Shown here one piece after another: positions 37,463 through 46,754 of a stretch of 64,000 nucleotides of DNA; within the stretch, counting starts at the first letter, position 1, and every line of letters starts with the position of its first letter. The position numbers and the translations under genes were made by a program. Source of the stretch: Candidatus Collierbacteria bacterium RIFOXYD2_FULL_45_13. GTDB lineage: Bacteria; Patescibacteriota; Microgenomatia; UBA1400; MFAQ01. The stretch is from contig MFAS01000001.1 in assembly GCA_001774685.1 (NCBI GenBank), forward strand, positions 159,557 through 223,556, read 5' to 3'. The notes below the pieces were generated by a model. The model was not told where the DNA came from and made no database searches. It worked only from the letters and a program-made list of their open reading frames with translations.

Positions 37463-40186
37463 ATGGACGCGGGAAAAATTAAGATTGCTGTCTGGAGCAA
37501 CAACTCGTTTGTGGAGGATTCTTTCGTTGGTCAGACGAGTGTCCTTGAGCTGGATTTTAAAGAGTTCAAAACCACCGTCTCGACACCCTATTTCCTTGCC
37601 ATCATAGACTTGGATAAAAGCCTCTCGAACGTAAGTCAACAACTAATAGACCTGTATTCGTTGGCGCGTGAAAAAGATCAAAAACTGGCCGTCATCCTAC
37701 TTCACGGCGCTGAAGTCGACACCGAAAAAAACCTCTACTTCCAGGAACTACTTGGTAAAATGGGGGGAGATAGGCCTTTACATCGTCTAGTAATCGTTAA
37801 AGATCTCTTTCAGGTTAATCTTCTCTATTCCGAAACCTACCTCGAAAAATATATCTTGGAGGCGATTGCTGATCGAAAAATTATCATATCCGTAAAAGGC
37901 GAAAACACGCTGTTCCCAATATCTTTTTCAGATATAACAAACTGCCTTAAAAAAATTCTTTTTCTTCAGGGTACTGCCGGCAAAACTTTCTGGGTGCTGG
38001 GAGATCCTGTTACCGACCTTGAAATAGCATACCTTATTAAAAAAAATCTTGAGGATACCGAAGGGGCCGAGTTCGAAATTGATGCCACAGGAGAGAACCA
38101 GAAACTCTCTCTAGATCTTAATGCCTTGGGAAATCAGACAAGAGCAATGCTCACCTGGGAGCCCAAAGAGGAGTTCTCGTCAAGTCTCAAGGACGCTGTT
38201 CATCGGCTTTCCGAGGACCGGTCCCTATTGCTTACGAAACTTCATCATAACCAAAAACAGAACGGCTCACCCGCACAAAAAACAATCGAAAAATACTTCC
38301 GGATTTTCACGAAGACCATCCTCACGATAAAACTCAAAAAGAAAGAAATCAAAAACATCGAAACTAGCCGACAACTGCTGCGCAGCCTTTTTGAAAGGCT
38401 ACTAATTTTGGCAACCTCGGTGTATCTAATTCTCACTGTGAGTTTTATTATGTTTACCTCACTCTCTCTGAGATACGTCGAAAAAACCTTATTTGTTATG
38501 AGGAGGGGAGATATTGCCACCTCGGTCAAATATCTCAAACAATCTAGATTCTTTTCCAAAATAGGGGAAGACAGTTACTCTGCCATCTCCCCATTAATCT
38601 CCTTGATAGCAGACGACATCCACGAAAAGAACTACAACCTCTTTATTTTTCTTCATTATTCGCAGTCTAGTCTGGTCAGCCTCCAGCAAACATATCAGTT
38701 AGCCGAAAGTATTTATCGGACCATAGGTGACACTTCGAAAGGTCAGTTTTATATCGATTCCAGTCTTGCGCTGCGCTCAAATCTTAGCCAAGTATATGAA
38801 AATCTGAATCAAATTGAACTGCTTAGCGGACAGGGAAAACTCCCCAAAATACTTCAAGACAAGATAAGCTCTAGTCCGGAATTCAAAAACTTGAAACTGA
38901 TTGAACAACAAATCACTGATCTACTAAAAACTATCGAACTTATTCCGGCCTTTCTGGCGGGGGACTCAGCCAAGAATATTGTCATTCTGTTTCAAAACAG
39001 CCAAGAAATCCGCAGTACTGGAGGAGCCATCGACTATATCTTGGCGCTTGTCCTCGACCAGGGACGTGTTGTGTCCAAAAATATATACCGTAGCGACGAG
39101 ATTGATAAATTGGCCGTGGGTATTATTAGTGCGCCCCCTTTTGTCAGCCAATTTACCGGCCTAAGCGATTGGAAGATGAGAGATCTCAATTACAATCCGG
39201 ACTTTCCCCAGACGGCGACCAACGTCTCTTGGTTTATAGAAAAGACTCTGAAGTTCAAGCCGGACATCATCATGGCCATGAACGACAAACTCATCAGCAG
39301 TTTGCTGATTGAAGACAAGGGGGTTATGTTACAAGGCCAAAATATTACCGCAGACTCGTTCAGACAAGAATTGAGGTCTGTTTCACCCAGCTCTCTTTAC
39401 AGAGACCTTATCAACTATTATCTGGATGGTATTTTCAACCACACCCGAACGCTCGTATCCCTTGGCAGGGTAATTGCCAAGCAGTCGGACGAAAATCAAT
39501 TACTGTTTTGGTCAGCGGACGACAATGTTGAAGAGTCAATAATCACTCAATCCTTTGCTGGCGCGCTCTATCCGCACTCATGTCATGGGGGACTATCAAA
39601 CGTTCGAACCTGCATAGCTCAAACGACCTATTTAAATGAGTCAAACTATTCTCTCTTACCGCTTTCCGACATCCTTGAACGCAAGACTCTACACACGGTC
39701 TGGCTTGAACCGGATATCATCAGGCACGAATATCACCTTCAGTATCAATTCAAGGACAAGATAACCAATCAGAATCGGGACATTAATGAACTCTTTCAAA
39801 TTTATGCTCCACAAAACTCTACGCTGGATCAGGTTCAACTTGACGACAAGATTCTCTCTCTACGCTTGGGCACAGAACAACAAGACAATGACTTGAAAAG
39901 GTTCCAATTTCCCATATCTTTCACCCTCAATCAACCGCATAACCTTATCTTTAGATTTAGTACTCGCCTATCAAACACCAGCCTCCTTCCTTATGCTTAT
40001 TCTCTGACCGAATACCACCAGCCGGGAATTTCCAACCAGTATGCAGAGTTAAACATCAACATCCCGGAAACGGCGAGACCGGCAACAATCACCTCCCCAG
40101 TTAGTACTGGACCAAACAGTTTAAAGCTGGTTATGCCGGCCAAAACAACTACCTTTGGTGTCAGCTTGACAGTTGGAAGTCGGTAA
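37463..40186 (+). CDS. DUF4012-like membrane-anchored protein with degenerate epimerase-like N-terminus
   Basis: ILFQNSQEIRSTGG, RDLNYNPDFP..A; central TM. Confidence 0.8.
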   Translation: MDAGKIKIAVWSNNSFVEDSFVGQTSVLELDFKEFKTTVSTPYFLAIIDLDKSLSNVSQQLIDLYSLAREKDQKLAVILLHGAEVDTEKNLYFQELLGKMGGDRPLHRLVIVKDLFQVNLLYSETYLEKYILEAIADRKIIISVKGENTLFPISFSDITNCLKKILFLQGTAGKTFWVLGDPVTDLEIAYLIKKNLEDTEGAEFEIDATGENQKLSLDLNALGNQTRAMLTWEPKEEFSSSLKDAVHRLSEDRSLLLTKLHHNQKQNGSPAQKTIEKYFRIFTKTILTIKLKKKEIKNIETSRQLLRSLFERLLILATSVYLILTVSFIMFTSLSLRYVEKTLFVMRRGDIATSVKYLKQSRFFSKIGEDSYSAISPLISLIADDIHEKNYNLFIFLHYSQSSLVSLQQTYQLAESIYRTIGDTSKGQFYIDSSLALRSNLSQVYENLNQIELLSGQGKLPKILQDKISSSPEFKNLKLIEQQITDLLKTIELIPAFLAGDSAKNIVILFQNSQEIRSTGGAIDYILALVLDQGRVVSKNIYRSDEIDKLAVGIISAPPFVSQFTGLSDWKMRDLNYNPDFPQTATNVSWFIEKTLKFKPDIIMAMNDKLISSLLIEDKGVMLQGQNITADSFRQELRSVSPSSLYRDLINYYLDGIFNHTRTLVSLGRVIAKQSDENQLLFWSADDNVEESIITQSFAGALYPHSCHGGLSNVRTCIAQTTYLNESNYSLLPLSDILERKTLHTVWLEPDIIRHEYHLQYQFKDKITNQNRDINELFQIYAPQNSTLDQVQLDDKILSLRLGTEQQDNDLKRFQFPISFTLNQPHNLIFRFSTRLSNTSLLPYAYSLTEYHQPGISNQYAELNINIPETARPATITSPVSTGPNSLKLVMPAKTTTFGVSLTVGSR

Positions 40187-40225
40187 CGCTTGAGAAGGCA
40201 GGCATTCTAAGATACAATACCACTC

Positions 40226-40903
40226 ATGAACAAATATGTATTAAAGGCCGAAAAACGAATTTTAACAGGCAGCAAGGTAAAGAAGCTCAGACGACAGGGA
40301 GTCATTCCTGCCAACGTCTTTGGCCACACCATCAAAAGCCAGGCAATTCAAGTTTCCGAGGTCGAATTCAGTCGTGTTTACAAAGATGCAGGAGAGACCA
40401 GTCTTATCTGGCTTAAAGTCGAAGGTGAAGATAAAGAAAGGCCTACACTCATTAAAGCCTTAACCAACAACCCTACAACCGGTAAGAGGTATCATGTTGA
40501 TTTCCACCAGGTTAATCTGAAGGAAAAAGTCTCCGCCAATGTGCCTGTAGAAATCACTGGTGAAGCTCAAATGGTTAAAGATGGTTTGGCCGTACTGGAT
40601 ATCAACTTGCATGAAATTGAAGTTGAGGCTCTGCCTACCGATATTCCCGAAAGTGTCATTTTCGACATATCTACTCTCAAGGAAATCGGTGACAATCTTA
40701 AGCTTTCGGATGTTAAGATCCCGGCAGAGGTCTCCGTGTTGACCGACTTAGAGACAATTATCGTCGCTCTAGGTGCTCCTCAGAAGGAAGAAGCTCTGCT
40801 GGTTGAAGAAGTCCCGGCAGAGGCTGAGGTTACCGGTACTGTACCAACCGAAGGCGAAGCTACCGCAGGCGAGAAGCCAGCTGAGACTCCAAAGGCCGAA
40901 TAA
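40226..40903 (+). CDS. rplY: 50S ribosomal protein L25/Ctc
   Basis: KKLRRQGVIPANVFG, HVDF, EVEALPTDIPE. Confidence 0.95.
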   Translation: MNKYVLKAEKRILTGSKVKKLRRQGVIPANVFGHTIKSQAIQVSEVEFSRVYKDAGETSLIWLKVEGEDKERPTLIKALTNNPTTGKRYHVDFHQVNLKEKVSANVPVEITGEAQMVKDGLAVLDINLHEIEVEALPTDIPESVIFDISTLKEIGDNLKLSDVKIPAEVSVLTDLETIIVALGAPQKEEALLVEEVPAEAEVTGTVPTEGEATAGEKPAETPKAE

Positions 40904-40949
40904 TTCATTGCCATTGCCCGCCTAGCCCAGTCACCGGCTCCGGTCAAAC

Positions 40950-40978
40950 TTGACACAGCATATTCTCGATCCTATAAT
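40950..40978 (+). promoter_or_regulatory. Consensus sigma70 promoter
   Basis: TTGACA-17 bp-TATAAT. Confidence 0.8.
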
Positions 40979-41015
40979 ACCCAACTGTAAGGCCACTTTA
41001 ACTAAAGGAGTTGAA

Positions 41016-41210
41016 ATGACAGCGAATTCTGGGAATAATATGCTTCGGAAAATCGTGATCGTTGTAATGTCCTTAATTGCCTCGATCTATGTGGGGTGGT
41101 TACTTTCCCACTGGGGAATCATATTCGGAATCGTTGTTGGGGGTGCTCTCTTTGTCATCTCCGTCTACTCCGGAATGAAAAACCCAAACAGTTTTTTCAA
41201 ACAGTGGTAA
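41016..41210 (+). CDS. Small two-TM orphan membrane protein (64 aa)
   Basis: SD AAGGAG before ATG (MTANSGNN...); own promoter and terminator. Confidence 0.7.
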   Translation: MTANSGNNMLRKIVIVVMSLIASIYVGWLLSHWGIIFGIVVGGALFVISVYSGMKNPNSFFKQW

Positions 41211-41228
41211 ACCAAACTCCCCGCACAG

Positions 41229-41256
41229 AACCGTCCTTTAAAAAGGGGCGGTTTTT
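41229..41256 (+). terminator. Intrinsic terminator
   Basis: AACCGTCCTT-TAAA-AAGGGGCGGTT + T-run. Confidence 0.7.
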
Positions 41257-41270
41257 ATTTTTAAAAATAA

Positions 41271-43343
41271 CTACCACTTTTCAGAGATAAGTAACTTTTG
41301 ATTTGAATACACCTCTTTCCATACCGCTTCCGTTACAAAGGGGACAAAAGGATGAAGCATTACCAAAAATGATTTGAACCCATCCTTTAGAACCTCATCG
41401 CTTATCTTTCCTTGCTTGTTCTCTTCTATCTGCACATCACAGAACCAGTGCCAAAATTCATTATAGACATACTCCGCCGCCAGACCGACCCGGTTCTCCT
41501 CTAGCAGTCTCGTCAATTCCTGCCTTACCTCTTGAATTTTCATCCTAAAATCATCGTCTCGTTCATTGTTTCCTGCCTTAAGTTCTTGAGTTATTGATGT
41601 TTTGAGATCTTGAACATATCGTCCCGCATTCCAAATTTTATTTGCAAAATTTCTCATTCCTCTTACCTTATTTTCTCCGGTGTTACTATCTTGTCCTGCT
41701 GTAGTACTCATCACCAGAGCCATTCTCAGGGAATCTGCTCCATATTTTTCAACCAGCTCCAGGGGGTTAATCACGTTTCCTATACTCTTGCTCATTTTTC
41801 TGCCCTGTTCATCTCTTACCAATCCATGTAAATACACTGTTTTGAATGGGGATTTCCCTGTCATATAAATCCCCAACATCATCATTCTCATTACCCAGAA
41901 GGGGAGAATGTCATAAGCTGTTTCCATGACCGTTGTTGGATAGAAAGCTTCAAAATCACCCGGCTTACCCGTTTCTAATGTGACTACCGGCCACTGGCCG
42001 GAAGAAAACCAGGTATCAAACGTGTCCGTTTCTTGTACCCACCCATCGCCTGGGCTCGTCTCACTCACTACGTAATCATCGTTTTGAGTTTTATACCACA
42101 CCGGCATTCTTATTCCCCAAACAATCTGCCGGCTGATATTCCAGTCTCTTAGGTTTGTCAACCAATGCCGCAGTATCTTATCGTGGCCTGATCCCAAAAT
42201 CACCGTTTCCCCTGAGTCTAATGCTGCAAGCGCTTTGTCGGCCAATGTTTTTACTTTTACAAAAAATTGTTTCATTGGCAGAGGCTCAATTGCTCGATGA
42301 CATCGATAACAAGTACCCACACTGTGCAGGTATGGTTTTGTTTCCAACAAGGCTTCTCCCAAATCACTCGCGACTTTCTCTCTGGCCTCTGCCACACTCA
42401 ATCCTTCATATTTCCCGGCGTTCTTAGTCATCTTGCCGTTGGTCCCAATTATCTGATGATCCCTCACTATTTCATCCATATTCCACCCTTGTCGTACCGC
42501 CACTTCCCAATCATTGTTGTCATGTGCCGGAGTAATTTTTACCGCCCCGGTTCCAAACTCCATATCCACCATTGAGTCTCCGACAATTGGGATCTCTCTA
42601 CCTACCAAAGGCAAGATAACTTTCTGACCGATTAGGTGTTTGTATCTTAAGTCCTCTGGATTAACGGCCACGGCTACATCTCCGAGCATTGTCTCTGGTC
42701 TCGTTGTCGCTACTACTATTTGTCCATAGCGGATCATATACAGCTTGTCTTCTTTGTCCTCATGATCAACTTCCAGCTCGGAATAAGCGGTTCCACATTT
42801 GGTACAGTAATTTACTAGTTTTACACTTCTGTAAACCAATCCTTCTTCATGAAGTTTGAAGAAATTCTTTTTTACCTCTTTCACAATTTCCGGGTCAAGT
42901 GTAAATTTGTATCTACTCCAGTCTGCGCTTGCACCCAATCTCTTCATCTGATCAATGGCGACACCGGAGTTCTCGTGTACATAATCCCAGATCATCTGAT
43001 AAAGGGTTTCTCGGTCAAAATCAAACCTGCTCTTACCCCGTTTTGTCAGTTTCTTTTCAAATACAAACTGGGTTTCGATTCCTGCGTGGTCTGTACCGGG
43101 TAACCAGAGAACAGCCTCACCCTTCATTCGGTGAAATCTGACAAATATATCTTCAATCGTTACAAACATTGCATGCCCCACGTGCAATGGATCGTTAGCG
43201 TTCGGGGGCGGCATGATAATTGTAAAAGTCTTCCGTCCTGTCTTCGCCACGTCGTCTCCGGCTAGAGGAGTAAAGACCCCACTATTCTCCCATTCCGTGT
43301 AGATTTTTGTCTCGCTGTCTTTGTGATTATAATTTTTATCCAT
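41271..43343 (-). CDS. valS: Valyl-tRNA synthetase (C-terminally shortened)
   Basis: PPPN...LHVGH, DHAGIETQ, DWNISRQIVWG, KMSKS; 690 aa, lacks C-terminal coiled coil. Confidence 0.96.
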   Translation of the reverse strand: MDKNYNHKDSETKIYTEWENSGVFTPLAGDDVAKTGRKTFTIIMPPPNANDPLHVGHAMFVTIEDIFVRFHRMKGEAVLWLPGTDHAGIETQFVFEKKLTKRGKSRFDFDRETLYQMIWDYVHENSGVAIDQMKRLGASADWSRYKFTLDPEIVKEVKKNFFKLHEEGLVYRSVKLVNYCTKCGTAYSELEVDHEDKEDKLYMIRYGQIVVATTRPETMLGDVAVAVNPEDLRYKHLIGQKVILPLVGREIPIVGDSMVDMEFGTGAVKITPAHDNNDWEVAVRQGWNMDEIVRDHQIIGTNGKMTKNAGKYEGLSVAEAREKVASDLGEALLETKPYLHSVGTCYRCHRAIEPLPMKQFFVKVKTLADKALAALDSGETVILGSGHDKILRHWLTNLRDWNISRQIVWGIRMPVWYKTQNDDYVVSETSPGDGWVQETDTFDTWFSSGQWPVVTLETGKPGDFEAFYPTTVMETAYDILPFWVMRMMMLGIYMTGKSPFKTVYLHGLVRDEQGRKMSKSIGNVINPLELVEKYGADSLRMALVMSTTAGQDSNTGENKVRGMRNFANKIWNAGRYVQDLKTSITQELKAGNNERDDDFRMKIQEVRQELTRLLEENRVGLAAEYVYNEFWHWFCDVQIEENKQGKISDEVLKDGFKSFLVMLHPFVPFVTEAVWKEVYSNQKLLISEKW

Positions 43344-43352
43344 AAAAGGTTT

Positions 43353-43389
43353 GTCATTGCGAAGTCATCTAAGGCGACTGTGGCAATCT
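43353..43389. repeat. GTCATTGCGA palindromic element, copy 3, in valS leader
   Basis: GTCATTGCGAAGTCATCTAAGGCGACTGTGGCAATCT. Confidence 0.75.
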
Positions 43390-43405
43390 ATATAAATAAT
43401 ATCTT

Positions 43406-43520
43406 AAAAAACCCTCATCAATCTCCCTTCTGGGGGACTGACGAGGGCCTTTTGGGCGGTACCACCTCGCATTCTACTCTTTAACTTCTAGCTCACGGTT
43501 GACAACTCCGATCATCGCTC
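43406..43520 (-). promoter_or_regulatory. Minimal T-box riboswitch (Val) with antiterminator/terminator
   Basis: Minus strand: K-turn Stem I AGC-GAU-GA-U-CGG[AGUUGUCAA]CCG-U-GA-GCU; antiterminator CGAGG-UGGUACC-GCC-CAAAA-GGC-CCUCG; overlapping terminator CCCUCGUCAGUC...GAUUGAUGAGGG-U6; upstream of valS. Confidence 0.85.
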
Positions 43521-43554
43521 TCTTTGTTAATTCTATCATGGATTTGTTAAAGCC

Positions 43555-43797
43555 AAAAAAAGTCCGCTGGCTCAGTAGCGGACAATAAATCACCGGATGG
43601 TTCGAGGAGAGGGATGTGTCCTCGCTATCCTGTGTGTTTTAGCTTGAGCCCAATGCTTGAGAGTTTCTGGATCACTAAGTTTCTTTACTCTTCTCTCCAG
43701 ATTCTTCTTCTAACCGTGATTGACGGCCACTCAAACATCCGCACGGAGCCTTCGTAGCCTTACGGCCAGTATTCTCCTCGACGTGACTAACTTCAAG
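43555..43797 (-). ncRNA. Orphan ~240-nt transcript (candidate ncRNA or decayed gene)
   Basis: TTGACA-17-TATACT promoter (43832-43804) and GTCCGCT/AGCGGAC-T7 terminator; no convincing translatable ORF. Confidence 0.45.
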
Positions 43798-43850
43798 TCT
43801 CATAGTATACACCAAAGGCTCTAATTTGTCAAGTAGTTTCACAATCAAGC

Positions 43851-44921
43851 CTACACTACAGCCAGGCTTGGATCTGGCCTTAAATCCATCTCAGATTCTT
43901 CAGGTCGCAGTAAGGCTGAAGCTCCTACCATGGCAGCATTGTCTCCACAATATTTAAGTTCAGGCACGAAGAATGACAATCCAGCCATTGCAATCTCTTG
44001 TCTCAGAGTCTCCCGCAACTTTTTGTTTGCCGCAACTCCGCCGGCCAAAAGGACGCTTTTAGGCTTAAATTGTTCCACTGCTAGCATTGTTTTCTTCACT
44101 AAGACCTCCGACACCGCCTGGCTAAACTCCCTCGCCACCAAATTTCTAAAACTTTCCTCCGATATCTGAGGATTGGCTTCTGAGAACTGACTTCGGTTTT
44201 CCACCATCCTAGCCACCGCGGCTTTTATTCCGGAGAAGCTCATCTCAAGTCTTGGATCATGGATCAATGGTCTGGGAAGCTTGAATAGATTCTTGTATTT
44301 ATCCCATTCTTCATTTGTTACCTTATTCGCTGCCCTATCTATTTCCGGCCCTCCCGGATAGGGGAGTCCGAGAATCCTCGCCGCTTTATCAAATGCTTCT
44401 CCCGCCGCATCATCCCTTGTTCCGCCAATCCATGTCCATTTTGTTAGGCTCTCCATAAGAATTAAATCGGTATGTCCTCCACTTACTACCAAACCTACCG
44501 CCGGCAATTTCGGCACCCCAGTGCTTTGAGTTTTTGAGTTTTCGATTTTTTGAGTTTTTTCAACTATCCAATTCGCCATTACATGCGCCGCCATGTGGTT
44601 GACTTTTAATAGTGGTTTTTTCCACACCCAAGCTAGAACTTTCGCGGATTCGACGCCTACCAGCAGACTCCCCATGAGCCCGGGGCCATAGCTTACCGCC
44701 ACCGCGTCGATATTTTCACCGTTCATTGCCTCAGTTATTACGGGAATAATACTCTTGATCTGTTCCCTAGCCGCCACCTCAGGCACGATACCTCCATATT
44801 TTTCGTGCATTTCCACTGAGCTGGCCACCACACTATTTATTACTCTGACTCCCTCGCCAAAGTTTTCCACTACAGCCGCCGCTGTTTCGTCACACGTGCT
44901 TTCAATCGCCAACATCTTCAT
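43851..44921 (-). CDS. tsaD: tRNA t6A threonylcarbamoyltransferase TsaD
   Basis: LAIESTCDETAAAV, VNHMAAH, VSGGHT, TRDDAAGEAFDK, GGVAAN, DNAAMVG. Confidence 0.96.
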   Translation of the reverse strand: MKMLAIESTCDETAAAVVENFGEGVRVINSVVASSVEMHEKYGGIVPEVAAREQIKSIIPVITEAMNGENIDAVAVSYGPGLMGSLLVGVESAKVLAWVWKKPLLKVNHMAAHVMANWIVEKTQKIENSKTQSTGVPKLPAVGLVVSGGHTDLILMESLTKWTWIGGTRDDAAGEAFDKAARILGLPYPGGPEIDRAANKVTNEEWDKYKNLFKLPRPLIHDPRLEMSFSGIKAAVARMVENRSQFSEANPQISEESFRNLVAREFSQAVSEVLVKKTMLAVEQFKPKSVLLAGGVAANKKLRETLRQEIAMAGLSFFVPELKYCGDNAAMVGASALLRPEESEMDLRPDPSLAVV

Positions 44922-44974
44922 CCTTATATTCTAATCTGAGAACTGACATCCTGCCTGCCCGCCTAATTGTGCAA

Positions 44975-46690
44975 CTATTGGCGGGTTCCTTTTAGATATA
45001 TTGCCTGCCATGGCTGATAGTTGCTCACAAAAGTTTTTTCGTAAATAGTTTCTCCTCCTCTTACCACAGAATAATTAAAGACCACTTTGGCACCCCAAGC
45101 CGACCAATCAATTTGTTTCATAGTGCCTAGTGGTAAGGTGGGATCATCTACATACATCGTAGCTGGTGGTGGTGTCTGGTTCGATATTTGCGGTTTCGAA
45201 ATCGTCGCTTTCCTGCCGTCGCTGGTTCCATAAATATCCACCTGCATCGATAAGCTCTTCGTGTCAACAGTTTCTTGGATCAATATGTAGTGACCGGTAT
45301 CATTCAGAAATTTTAGATCTGCCGTCGGGTAATACACTGTAGCATCAATTCCCGGTGGGCTGTCCTGCTCATAATAGCCAACCCGATACGCATGCGCCTT
45401 TCTCTCCGTAATTGGCAAACCGGCATCTAGCGCCGCCCTGAAAGTCGTGGTGGATACTTGGCAAACCCCACCACCGTCGCCAAGGACAGTTCTGCCCTGA
45501 CTGATGATATATGCTGTTTGATATCCGGTAGCTCTCGAAATGTCTCCCACTGCAGCAACGAAGGAGAACTCTTCTCCAGGGGCCACCAATGTCCCGTTTA
45601 TTCTTGATGCAGCCAAGTTCACATTAAAGACTCTGCCTGGTATCGAGTGGAAAAAGGTTGACTTTCCGGTGCCAATTAACTCTTTAATTCCCAAGTTATT
45701 AATATCACCGGTTTTAATCTTTGGATAAGTTAGGATTACCGGAATATCCAAGGCCTTGTCTTCTGCTGACAGGAGAGATTGTGCCAGTTTTGTCCTGAAC
45801 TGCGGGATGTCTATCGTGGCTCCAACAATCTCCGGTTGAAATTCGTTAACTTTGTTATTCTCAAAAACGAAAACAGCGTCTCTCGGCTCAACTTCCACAG
45901 AAGGCTTGATTTCATTTACTAAGGATTCGAATCTGCCATTCTCAATTTGCTCGTTTATGAGTCCAAACAAGGGGGACATCTCGTCGGCACTTAATCGTTT
46001 CTCAAAACCCCTGAAACGAATTATCAATTTGTTACTGCCCCATTTCTCTAAGCTTTGTATGGCAGCATTAACCAAGTCACCATTTTCCTTCGTTTCGACC
46101 AAGTTGGTTGGTACTTGTATTACATGGTTACCAGGCCTACCAAATTGCTTAACAATTTCCCCAATTAAATCATTTTGTTTGACCTCGACGCCGTTTTTAC
46201 CGGAAACAAGTATATATTTATCGTTTTCTTTTCGTAACTCTGGCCATATCGGTTTTTGATTCAACTTTTCGGAAATCTGTTCGGTCAGACCCAGAATATC
46301 ATCCTTGTCGTAACTTACCGGAACATCAATATCCCGACCGAATATAATTGCTCTCGAGCCTTCAGTGATCTGGGTCAAAACATTTCCGTTTCTCCCCACC
46401 CCCATGGCCTGATCGACTGCCCAAACCAGATCGTACTCGACTCTTATTCCGGCTAATTTTGATACAATCTTACCGTCAGATTCTAAAGTAACCTTGCTTG
46501 GATCACTTTCAAAATATGAGGTTATTAGTTTTAGTGCCGTCGGCTTATCCATTCCGGTCATATCTACCCCGGCAATGTTTACTTTTGGGAAAATCAACTT
46601 CCTAAAAGCCAGCCTAAAACCGCCATAGACAGTAATTGTCATCAGCAGAATTATCGTCAGTGTGCCCAAAAGGTATTTTAATTTTTCCAT
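44975..46690 (-). CDS. VanW family protein with peptidoglycan-binding repeats
   Basis: GGGVCQVSTT.FRAAL..GLPITER.AH, DATVY, DLKFLNDT. Confidence 0.92.
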   Translation of the reverse strand: MEKLKYLLGTLTIILLMTITVYGGFRLAFRKLIFPKVNIAGVDMTGMDKPTALKLITSYFESDPSKVTLESDGKIVSKLAGIRVEYDLVWAVDQAMGVGRNGNVLTQITEGSRAIIFGRDIDVPVSYDKDDILGLTEQISEKLNQKPIWPELRKENDKYILVSGKNGVEVKQNDLIGEIVKQFGRPGNHVIQVPTNLVETKENGDLVNAAIQSLEKWGSNKLIIRFRGFEKRLSADEMSPLFGLINEQIENGRFESLVNEIKPSVEVEPRDAVFVFENNKVNEFQPEIVGATIDIPQFRTKLAQSLLSAEDKALDIPVILTYPKIKTGDINNLGIKELIGTGKSTFFHSIPGRVFNVNLAASRINGTLVAPGEEFSFVAAVGDISRATGYQTAYIISQGRTVLGDGGGVCQVSTTTFRAALDAGLPITERKAHAYRVGYYEQDSPPGIDATVYYPTADLKFLNDTGHYILIQETVDTKSLSMQVDIYGTSDGRKATISKPQISNQTPPPATMYVDDPTLPLGTMKQIDWSAWGAKVVFNYSVVRGGETIYEKTFVSNYQPWQAIYLKGTRQ

Positions 46691-46754
46691 TCTTGATATA
46701 CTTTAACTGTAATCGGATGTCCCGTTTATATATTCTAACTTGACTACTTAATTT

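Noticed and set aside
37255-37642. Minus-strand ORFs 37255..37449 and 37325..37642 and the many other short antisense ORFs
   Set aside because: Shadow frames of real genes or low-complexity T-rich sequence; no motifs
43555-43797. RNase P RNA or SRP RNA identity for the orphan transcript
   Set aside because: Lacks GAGGAAAGUCC/P4 and SRP domain IV (CAGG...GGAA...AGCAG) signatures
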